Below are positions 52,026-64,000 of a stretch of 64,000 nucleotides of DNA, piece by piece. The translations under genes were made by a program, and so were the position numbers. Positions within the stretch are counted from its first letter, which is position 1; each line of letters opens with the position of its first letter. The notes beneath the pieces were generated by a model that saw only the letters and a program-made list of their open reading frames with translations, ran no database searches and was not told the origin of the DNA. This DNA comes from Eledone cirrhosa (taxonomy: Eukaryota), in contig OZ024743.1 of the NCBI GenBank assembly GCA_964016885.1, forward strand, positions 6,200,001 through 6,264,000. The letters are read 5' to 3'.

Positions 52026-54751
52026 TCATCATCATCATCATCATCAACGTTTAACGTCCGTGTTCCACGCTTGCATGGGTTTGGACGGGAGTTTTCCCAC
52101 TTGAGGCAAGAGTGGTTGTCATTGCTCGCATAGGACTGTCTGGCAGGTTTTCTACAGTTGGATGCCCTTCCTAACACCAACCACATTTACAGTGTGGGTC
52201 TGGGAGGTTTTTACCGTGTTGCCTACACGGCCACATTACAGCGTGGACTGTGTTTTTTTGTCGTGACACCTACACGATCTCATTTGTTTCGGCCTGGATG
52301 GTGTGGCACCAACATAACTTTACATAGAACGGGGTGGTGTGGATGGGGTGGTGGTGGTGGTGGTGGGACGGGGGGGGGGGGTATTTTGTTAGAGATGCCT
52401 ACTGGCTGTAGTAGGTTTTACTATGTATTGAGGTAAGACGGGTCTTCTCTGTTACTGAGTACCGCCAAAGGTCTCGGTCCAGTGACATTGTCTTGGAGAG
52501 GTGTAAGTGTGTGATGTCGGAGTTTATCAGCTCGTCCCAGGTTTTTCTAGGTCTGCCTATTCCGTGGCTACCGTCTATCTTTATTGCCCTGCACTTTGTT
52601 ATACAGCTATCGACTTTCATGCGCATCACGTGTCCATACCAACGTAGCCTTCTCTCGAGTAAACAACATCTGATCCCTCTTATTTCTAATTTTTTCCTTA
52701 GTTCGTTTATGCTTTGCCGTTCACGTATATTACTGTTACACATCCAGCTGAGCATGCAAGCTTCGTTCCTCTCTAGTCTGCGTATATCCTCTGCACACAA
52801 TGCCCAGGTCTCACTGCCATGCAACATTGCTGTTCGTATGCAGGCATCGTACAACCTGCCTTTCATTTTTAGGGAGAACCCTTTAGCAGCTAATAGTGGT
52901 ATAAGCTCTCTGAACTTTTTCCAACCAGTTCTGACTCTAGCTACTGTACTTTCAGAGCACCCTCCCCCACTGCTGATTTTATCACCCAGGTAACGGAAGC
53001 TGTCCACTATTTCTATAGAACCCTCTGCGCAATTGAAAGAGCTAGTATTTTGTGGGCACTTGCTGCTACTTATTGCACCAGAGCACCGGCCACATGTAAA
53101 ATCTATGTTCTTAGTTAGCTTACCTGTGATCCCACTACATCTTTTATGCACCCATACTTTGCATTTAGGACATAAAATGGAGTTTCTACCTACGCCTTTC
53201 CTACACACCGAGCACGACCATTTCCCAGAAGGGACCGCCGCCTTATTTTCTTTCCTACAAACTAGAACTTTAGTCTTAGCCAGGTTAATTTTAAGTCCTT
53301 TTGACTCTAGGCCGTGCTTCCATGTTTGGAATTTCTTCTCTAGCTCGGCCATTGATTCCGCTATGAGTGTCAGGTCGTCTGCGTATAGGAGTTCCCATGG
53401 GCAGCCGGTCTTGAACTCCTCTGTTATAGCCTGAAGGGCAATAATAAATAGTAAGGGGCTGAGAACAGAGCCCTGATGGACGCCAACTTTTACGCTAAAC
53501 TCTTCACTATATTCGTTGTTAATTCTAACCTTGCTGACTGTTTCTTTATACATGGCTTGTATAGCTCTCACAAGCCATTCGTCAACGCCTAGTTTTCTAA
53601 GAGCCCACCAGATAATGGAGCGGGGGACTCTGTCGAAGGCTTTCTCCAAGTCGACGAAAGCTAAGTAGAGGGATCATTCTATAGAGGGCTGGTGGCTAGC
53701 AGGGGCGATGACACCCTTGGAGAGTCGCTGGACATGGAAGAAGACGAACTGGCCAGCCTGTTCGGTAGGACTTTCGGCCCGGGACCAATGGACAACTTCC
53801 AGAAGTCACTGGCCTGGCAGTGCTACCGAGGGGCTCTACCCGTTCGAGAGAGGCTCTACAGACACGGGCGCCCGGGCAGGGATCCCTCAAAAAAGATTTG
53901 CCCTAGGTGCGTGCGTCACGAAGAAACCGTGGCGCACGCATTGGTGCAATGTCCTGGCGTGGCTGATCTGTGGGGCTACGCCGAACAACTGCTGTCGCGG
54001 GTGGCGCCGATTAAATTGACCGCCGAGTCCGTGATGACAATCAAACCGCCTCCCCTCTTCACAAAGGAAGCAAAGGCGGTTTTTCTGTGCGTAATAGCCA
54101 TGTTGAAAGAGGTTGTTTGGTGGACACGATTGAAAGGTCTGAGGTCAGGCAACTTCCTCTCTGGCCATAGTCTGGTCTACTTCTTCCGATATCACTTCGG
54201 AAGAAGGATAAGAATGGAGAGAGAGGTGCTTGGCCACAGGCAGTTTTATGAAAGGTGGGTGATAGTGGCGAGAATGGCTCGTGTAAATGGGCCTTCTCTG
54301 TATACCATCCTGTAGGTAAAGAAGTAAAGGAGAGGGGAGCACCTTCTCCATGTGCTCCCCGGGCAAAGGATTGCACACTTTTTCGGGGGTGTGTGCAACC
54401 CCCATCACGTCCCCTCCCTTTTGAGGTTATTTTCGATTATTTTCATGTTACACCCTTTTTACTCGATTATATGTAAACTCCCCCTTTGTATTTGTCCCTT
54501 CTTTTTATGCCTTTATGGTAAATAAAGAAATCTACCTTTAGCTAGGTACTTCTCCTGTAGTTGTCGTACAATGAAAAGAGCGTCTGTGGTACTTTTGCCT
54601 GACACAAACCCGAACTGCATTTCATCTAGATCAATTCTCTCTCTGATTTGTTGCTCTATTACTTTTTCCGTGACCTTCATGACCTGGTCGATTAATTTAA
54701 TGCCTCTATAGTTACTCCTATCTAGGGCGTCTCCTTTACCCTTATAACAGT

Positions 54752-54752
<1 letters not shown>
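52026..54752 (-). mobile_element. 5'-truncated RTE LINE, RT region interrupted by a Tx1 fragment
   Basis: [48 protein letters not shown] (54533-54752) resumes as SLYLAFVDLEKAFDRVPR..GVHQGSVLSPLLF..LLYADDL (ORF 52399..53649), with a PHD-like Cys cluster; (GAT)n tail. Confidence 0.92.
53674..54532 (+). mobile_element. 3' fragment of a third Tx1 subfamily nested in the RTE
   Basis: ORF 53692..54315 is homologous to the ORF2 C-terminus; 3' UTR ends AATAAAGAAATCTA. Confidence 0.9.
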
Positions 54753-55460
<708 letters not shown>

Positions 55461-55478
55461 ATATATATATATATATAA

Positions 55479-55577
<99 letters not shown>

Positions 55578-55607
55578 AACACATATATATATATACACAT
55601 ATATATA

Positions 55608-57165
55608 TAGTGGTAGAACACTGGAAGGTAATATCCGTAGTGGTAGAGCACTCAGTCTAAGGGACGAGTTTGGTAGAAGTGGTTACACAACAGTTAGTTC
55701 ACCATACCGAGAACAATTGTTTCACCTTAGCGGATCTGCAGCTCGGAATGGGCATGGTTATAGGAACAGGAAGGACAACCGTACGAACACGCATGCGCAG
55801 AAACCCGGTCACTTCACACAGGCAATACTCGACTGCGTGCGAGAGGTGTAAGGGAGATAACTGCGAAAGTCCGAAAAGTTTTGGGGTTCAAAATAAAATT
55901 ACAAAGAATCAGTCCGGAGCCTTGTAGTTATGCAATAGGTGATTGGCGACGTGTGGACAACGTGTGAAAAATTCACTTCTCGTGTTTAGGCAATCACTAT
56001 TGTGTAATCTCTTTAGAATAGTTATTCGTTCGTCAATACATAAGCCACACGTCGGATTTCCCCTTACGTATGGCTTTGACTTAGTGATGGCTTTCCATTG
56101 AATGGGAGGGTGGCATGAGTCCTTGTGAATGTAATTAAGTTTCTCGTTTAGCTTATGGAAGGGTCTGTGGGTGTGTGTGCGAAGGTCTAAATTAATGTCT
56201 AAGAAATCTACGCTAGAGAGGTTGATGGCTACTGTTATCCTAAGACCTAACTCATTGAAGGTATAAAGCTAAGTCTTTTTTAAACCGGTCGAGGTCGTGA
56301 CCACTTTTATGGCTCGATAAAGTCAGTCCATCGTCACGGTATATTCCCGTGTGGAAGTCCGGGAATCTAACACGTAATATGTCTAAGATAAAAAGGCCAA
56401 CTAAGTCACATACGTCAGCACTGTCAAACGATCCCATGGAGACATCGAAGAGGTCTGAAGATGTAGACTTCTTTGCCCAGGCTACTCCGTCGTTGAAGAG
56501 GAGGGTTTTCCGGCAGTGAGCGATGATTTCCCTGTCTAAACCATCGACAGTGGTATAAGTGGTAGCGAAGTCCAACGCTTTGTTTAACAGGGTCTCTGAG
56601 ATCGACAATATCAAACTGTGTGAACTTCGCTTCTTTGGATTTTAAGGAGTTAAACCACTTAATTACGGAGTCGCTGTTCTCCCACTGGGGCAGGTTGGAC
56701 TTGGTCCCAATGGTCTTAACTATGTTTCTAAGTATGGCCTTACTGACTAGTCCCATATCTGTGCGTGCCGGGTTTATTAGTCTACATGTGGGGTAGGAAC
56801 GCCTCCCGCTTAGCTAGAGATTGTAGCTTCTTATCTACCTTAAGGTCGGCGGCAAGTTCCTTGGCTTCTGTATTAAAGTTGTGGTAGGCCGTAGGGTTAG
56901 CTGTCTTATATTTAAAAGTAATAGCGTTATGGGCCAGGTGGCAGAAAGTGGTGTTGTCGACTTCGTAAATATTATTAGTTTTGTCGGAAAGGACGAAGGT
57001 GTTATTAGAAGACCTAAATTTCTTAATATCGTTTCTGAGTTTCGTTTGAAAGGTGTTAATGTGTTTGCGAAAGGAAATGTTAGCGACTAAGTCAAGAAGG
57101 TCCGTCTCGAAAGGAGCAAGTTCGGTTACCTTAGGAGGGTAGGCTCTCGATTTCAGGCTGAAGGT
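55608..57165 (-). mobile_element. Penelope-like element of the same type as 43830, 5'-truncated and internally deleted
   Basis: [59 protein letters not shown] joined directly to IQW..PY..CGLCIDE..LNTRSEF..CPH; (TA)n on both sides. Confidence 0.85.
55707..55746 (-). ncRNA. Minimal hammerhead-like motif with A6C core variant in the PLE 3' UTR
   Basis: Reverse complement: CCGAG-CTGCAGA-TCC(gctaa)GGT-GAAA-CAATTG-TT-CTCGG. Confidence 0.62.
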
Positions 57166-57183
57166 GTATATATATACACACAT

Positions 57184-57278
<95 letters not shown>

Positions 57279-57348
57279 CACACACACGTGTATATATATA
57301 TACACATATATATATACATATATATATATACATATATATATATACACA

Positions 57349-57384
<36 letters not shown>

Positions 57385-57409
57385 CACATATATACATATA
57401 TATACACAC

Positions 57410-57468
<59 letters not shown>

Positions 57469-57469
57469 A

Positions 57470-57512
<43 letters not shown>

Positions 57513-57633
57513 TATATATTTATATATATATACACACACACACATATATATACACACATATGTATATATATATATATATATACACACATATATATACACA
57601 TATATATATACACACATATATATATATATATAT

Positions 57634-57678
<45 letters not shown>

Positions 57679-57700
57679 TATACACACACATATATATATA
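57165..57700. repeat. Compound (TA)n/(CA)n microsatellite
   Basis: Direct reading. Confidence 0.95.
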
Positions 57701-58466
57701 TATATTTGGGGAGGGTCATATTTGCGTAATATTGCCAGAATTAATAACAGAACACACTCACTGTTTGGTTGGTTTTCGCTTCTCGCTGTCTTTTATATAT
57801 ATATATCTGCGATCTAACTTACTCGGTCCTCAATGTTGCCATTGACTGACCGGCGGTCAAAAATAAAATAATACAGATACAATATAGACAAACACATATA
57901 TATATAGTTTACATAAATCTTTCGTTGCACATCTGCAACATCGTCAGTGGTGTTATATTCATTGTTCCTCCTGTTGTGTTGTATGTCTACGCCATTTTTT
58001 TTTGTTCAGTCCGTCTATATATTTATTTATTTGTTTGCTTGTTTGTTTATCTTATTTTATTTTGTCTTCTTTGCGCATGCGTTTGCGTGTGTGATGTGTG
58101 ACTAGTGTGTATAGTGTTGTGTCTGCTGGGTGACTAGTGTGTGTTTATGTGCTTGTGTATGTATTTATTTATCTTATTTTATTTAATTTAATTTACTTAT
58201 TTATTTATACTTCTCTTAGGTCAGTGTTGTTTGTTTGGGTGTTGTTGTTGTTCCACTCATTCTTTCTGTTTAGCTTTGGTCTTCTAATTTCTATTTCACT
58301 GGCCTCTCTGATTTGCCTATCTGCTGGGTCATTCCTATGTTTAGATATTATTCTAATTTCTATGTTGTCTATGTTACCGTCATGATGTTGTCTAGCATGT
58401 TCGTATAGTACTGACCCGTTTTTTCGTCCTTTTAGTTCCCCCCAGTGTTGGTCTATCCTTTCACCT

Positions 58467-59843
58467 ATGCTACGAGCTGTCTCACCTATGCTACGAGCTA
58501 GTATCAAAACTACCCTAAAGGGCCACATATTTAAGTTCAATGAGAAAATCTACACCCAAAATGAGGGAGCAGCCATCGGCGTCAGCATAGCTGGCGATGT
58601 TGCCAACCTTTTCATGGTATGGTGGGAAAGGAGACTTAAAGATCTCCTTAATGAAAGCTCCATAGACCTCATCATGTACTCTCGTTATGTAGACGATATC
58701 AATATAGTTATAAGAACACCCCCACTAGAGAGCACTAACAAGTTTGATTTAGAACGTAGCACGATGGAAAGCATCCAGCAGATAGCTAATTCCATACACC
58801 AGAGTATAACTGTAACTATAGACTTCCCTTCCAAACACCCCAACAATAGACTACCTGTATTAGACACAGAACTCTGGATTAACACTATAGACGAGAGAAC
58901 CCAAATTCTCCACTCACACTATGCTAAACCCATGGCCTCCAAATACCTGATACTCAAAAACTCAGCAATGTCCAGTAGTGCTAAGTTTAATATTCTGATC
59001 GCAGATTTGGTACGAGTGATGAAGAATGTGTCCAGCATGTGCGACCCAACAGAAATGGAAGGACACATCCAACACTTCATCAACCGCATGCAGTTCTCTG
59101 GCTACAACCAAAGAGACAGAGTCAGAGTATACGAAGGAGCCATGGAAAAGTATAAGACCCTCATAGAACTGGACATGAAAGGAATTTGCCCACTATACAG
59201 GAGCAAATCATGGAATAGCTTAGATAGGGCTAGACATAAGATAGGGAAGGCCACATCATGGTACGACAACCAGAGATATCAGAGTGTCATGTTTGTGGAC
59301 GCCACCCCTGGAGGGAAATTAGCTAACCAGTGTAGAAAGGCCCTGAGAAAGACCCACTTAAAAATAAAGGTGGTAGAAAAGCCAGGAACCACCATAAAAT
59401 CCCTGATCAGCAAAACCTACCCTTTTAAGAAAACCCACTGTACCAATAGGAAATGTATCATATGTAAGGTGAACCCCCGGATAAACTGTAAAACTAGAAA
59501 CGTAGTCTATAGCATAAGATGTACAGAGGGTACTTGTAGAAACACGACAACAACATACATAGGTGAGACAGCTCGTAGCATAGGTGAAAGGATAGACCAA
59601 CACTGGGGGGAACTAAAAGGACGAAAAAACGGGTCAGTACTATACGAACATGCTAGACAACATCATGACGGTAACATAGACAACATAGAAATTAGAATAA
59701 TATCTAAACATAGGAATGACCCAGCAGATAGGCAAATCAGAGAGGCCAGTGAAATAGAAATTAGAAGACCAAAGCTAAACAGAAAGAATGAGTGGAACAA
59801 CAACAACACCCAAACAAACAACACTGACCTAAGAGAAGTATAA
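58467..59843 (+). CDS. 5'-truncated PLE polyprotein (RT motifs B-E, thumb, Cys linker, GIY-YIG), open frame; the first ~11 codons derive from the inversion junction
   Basis: QNEGAAIG..AGDVANLFM, RYVDD, LPVLD, CIIC..C..RNVVYSIRC..C..YIGETARSIGERIDQH, HARQHH, RQIREA..I..LNRKNEW. Confidence 0.88.
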   Translation: MLRAVSPMLRASIKTTLKGHIFKFNEKIYTQNEGAAIGVSIAGDVANLFMVWWERRLKDLLNESSIDLIMYSRYVDDINIVIRTPPLESTNKFDLERSTMESIQQIANSIHQSITVTIDFPSKHPNNRLPVLDTELWINTIDERTQILHSHYAKPMASKYLILKNSAMSSSAKFNILIADLVRVMKNVSSMCDPTEMEGHIQHFINRMQFSGYNQRDRVRVYEGAMEKYKTLIELDMKGICPLYRSKSWNSLDRARHKIGKATSWYDNQRYQSVMFVDATPGGKLANQCRKALRKTHLKIKVVEKPGTTIKSLISKTYPFKKTHCTNRKCIICKVNPRINCKTRNVVYSIRCTEGTCRNTTTTYIGETARSIGERIDQHWGELKGRKNGSVLYEHARQHHDGNIDNIEIRIISKHRNDPADRQIREASEIEIRRPKLNRKNEWNNNNTQTNNTDLREV

Positions 59844-60098
59844 ATAAATAAGTAAATTAAATTAAATAAAATAAGATAAATAAATACATACACAAGCACA
59901 TAAACACACACTAGTCACCCAGCAGACACAACACTATACACACTAGTCACACATCACACACGCAAACGCATGCGCAAAGAAGACAAAATAAAATAAGATA
60001 AACAAACAAGCAAACAAATAAATAAATATATAGACGGACTGAACAAAAAAAAAATGGCGTAGACATACAACACAACAGGAGGAACAATGAATATAACA

Positions 60099-60138
60099 CC
60101 ACTGACGATGTTGCAGATGTGCAACGAAAGATTTATGT
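60099..60138 (+). ncRNA. Minimal type I hammerhead motif in the PLE pseudo-LTR (mirror 57911-57950 on - strand)
   Basis: CA-CTGACGA-T-GTTGCA(gatg)TGCAAC-GAAA-GATT-TA-TG; stem I is short. Confidence 0.65.
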
Positions 60139-60487
60139 AAACTATATATATATGTGTTTGTCTATATTGTATCTGTATTATTTTATTTTTGACCGCCGGT
60201 CAGTCAATGGCAACATTGAGGACCGAGTAAGTTAGATCGCAGATATATATATATAAAAGACAGCGAGAAGCGAAAACCAACCAAACAGTGAGTGTGTTCT
60301 GTTATTAATTCTGGCAATATTACGCAAATATGACCCTCCCCAAATATAACAATATCTGTTTCGACACACGATTTCATATAAAAAACCTCGCAAAACTATA
60401 TATATATATATATACACATATATACACACATATATATATATACACACATATATATATATACACATATATATATATATATATACACAT

Positions 60488-60611
60488 ATCATCATCATCA
60501 GGTTTAGCGTCCGTGTTCCACGCTTGCATGGGTTTGGACGGGGGTTTTCCCACTTGAGGCAAGAGTGGTTGTCTTGCTCGCATAGGACTGTCTGGCGGGT
60601 TTTCTACAGTT
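60488..60611 (-). mobile_element. RTE 3'-terminal fragment with (GAT)n tail
   Basis: Near-identical to 52036-52159. Confidence 0.85.
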
Positions 60612-60612
60612 A

Positions 60613-60650
<38 letters not shown>

Positions 60651-61009
60651 CATATATACATATATATATACATATATATATATATACACATATATACATA
60701 TATATATATATATACACATATATATATATATATATATACATATATATACATATATATATATATATACATATATACATATATATATACATATATATATATA
60801 TACACATATATACATATATATATATATACACATATATATATATATATATATACACATATATATATATATATATATATACATATATATACATATATATATA
60901 TACACATATATATACATATATATACACATATATATACATATATATATACATATATATACATATATATATATATATACATATATATACATATATATACACA
61001 TATATATAC

Positions 61010-61040
<31 letters not shown>

Positions 61041-61291
61041 CATATATACACACATATATATATATATACATATATATACACATATATATATATATACATA
61101 TATATACACATATATATATATATATACATATATACACACATATATATATACATATATACACATATATATATATATATACATATATACACATATATATATA
61201 TACATATATATATATACATATATATATATACATATATACACACATATATATATATACATATATACACACATATATATATATATATATATAC

Positions 61292-61322
<31 letters not shown>

Positions 61323-61373
61323 CATATATATATACACATATATATACACATATATATATACATATATATATAC

Positions 61374-61420
<47 letters not shown>

Positions 61421-61435
61421 CATATATATACACAC

Positions 61436-61479
<44 letters not shown>

Positions 61480-61676
61480 ATATATATATATACACATATA
61501 TATATATATATACACACATATATATATATACACATATATATATACACATATATATATATATATACACATATATATATATACATATATATATACATATATA
61601 TATACATATATATATACACATATATATATATATACATATATATATACACATATATATATATACACATATATATATA

Positions 61677-61710
<34 letters not shown>

Positions 61711-61731
61711 TATATACATATATATATACAC

Positions 61732-61764
<33 letters not shown>

Positions 61765-61972
61765 CACATATATATATACACATATATATATACACATATA
61801 TATATACATATATATATGTGTGTATATATATATATATATATACACATATATATATATATACATACATATATATATATACATATATATATATACACATATC
61901 TATATATACACACATATATATATACATATATATACACACATATATATATACACATATATATATACACATATA

Positions 61973-62024
<52 letters not shown>

Positions 62025-62117
62025 CATATATATATACACATATATATATATATACATATATATATATACACATATATATATATACACATATATATATACA
62101 CATATATATATATACAC

Positions 62118-62172
<55 letters not shown>

Positions 62173-62239
62173 TACACATATACATATATATATACACACA
62201 TACATATATATATACACACACATACATATATATATATAT

Positions 62240-62290
<51 letters not shown>

Positions 62291-62301
62291 TATATATATA
62301 T

Positions 62302-62400
<99 letters not shown>

Positions 62401-62427
62401 TATATATATACACATACATATATATAT
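60612..62427. repeat. ~1.8-kb compound (TA)n/(CA) microsatellite
   Basis: Direct reading. Confidence 0.95.
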
Positions 62428-62474
62428 TAGTGAAAAAGAACAAAGGAACTATTATGACATTATAACAAGTTTAT

Positions 62475-62521
62475 TGCCGACAGCCGTTTCGTCCGACCAC
62501 ATGGTGGGACTTTTCAAGGCA
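62475..62521 (-). ncRNA. Type I hammerhead motif with U3-A8 core covariation, in a ~270-bp island (62428-62700) between (TA)n
   Basis: Reverse complement: TGCC-TTGAAAA-GTCC(caccatgtggtc)GGAC-GAAA-CGGCTG-TC-GGCA; GUC triplet. Confidence 0.72.
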
Positions 62522-62722
62522 TATAACATGTGACTGTAAGATCATTATCTACATCAACGTATCACTCAAGGCTAGCAGTTTGAAATTGTGGTATACATCA
62601 GCAGCGCGTATACGCATAGAGCTTAACTAGCTACCGTCACATATTTGGTAGGTCAGACGTGATCATCGCGATTCACATACGACCTACCATACATCTTACT
62701 TATATATATATATATATATATA

Positions 62723-63690
<968 letters not shown>

Positions 63691-63935
63691 ATATATCAAC
63701 TCGTGTGTTCCTTCTCCACATTTCGTTATTTATATATATATGGTCAATCGACAAGATCCCAGACCTCATCCGCTTGCCGAGTGAGGTGGACTTCATCAAA
63801 TCGGACCAAGGAAACAATATTTCCATTGCTGATACCATTTACCGGTCGCAACCCCAGGCAGAAGTAACAACATGAAATAAAGTGTCAACTCGCAACCTCA
63901 CGATTGCCAATCCCACTCACTAACCACTAAGCCAC

Positions 63936-64000
<65 letters not shown>

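Larger units (their letters stand above)
57701..60396 (+). mobile_element. Young Penelope-like element with a 790-bp inverted 5' copy of its 3' end and a ~48-nt tail
   Basis: 57701-58490 is the reverse complement of 59558-60348 (one homopolymer difference seen); (TA)n flanks. Confidence 0.92.

Noticed and set aside
58137-58540. ORF 58205..58540 (-) as a separate endonuclease gene
   Set aside because: It is only the inverted duplicate of the PLE 3' end.
60374-62533. Long ORFs (up to 689 aa) of IYIY/YICV type, and similar HTHT/YIHT/MYVC ORFs elsewhere (22215, 26976, 54513, 57131)
   Set aside because: Translations of stop-free (TA)n, (CA)n and (TACA)n microsatellites, not genes.

Overview
Eukaryotic, AT-rich, microsatellite-saturated DNA. 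The SINE, LINE and microsatellite make-up suggests an Octopus-like cephalopod; this is inference, not a database match. No host protein-coding gene can be supported, and the only clear host gene is an intact tRNA-Gly(GCC) at 40397-40467. Most of the rest is retroelements nested in simple repeats: two full-length Tx1/L1-clade LINEs plus 3' fragments (one ORF2 is uninterrupted, 1144 aa), two R4/Dong-like RLE LINE remnants in (TACA)n, RTE LINEs, three coding Penelope-like elements (PLEs; RT plus C-terminal GIY-YIG), tRNA-derived SINEs and a TTAA-flanked piggyBac-type MITE. The most striking non-coding signal, read by eye, is a dense set of type-I hammerhead ribozyme motifs (about 12 instances, about 7 sequence types, with core variants and compensatory changes). 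They are carried by PLE ends, by fold-back PLE remnants and by short non-coding units in (TA)n tracts. Two stand out: a ~526-nt retrozyme-like unit with a terminal direct repeat starting just after the predicted cleavage site (62723-63303), and a 5-copy hairpin family whose shared apex may be ribozyme stem II. All RNA structures were paired by hand; none was computed or tested.
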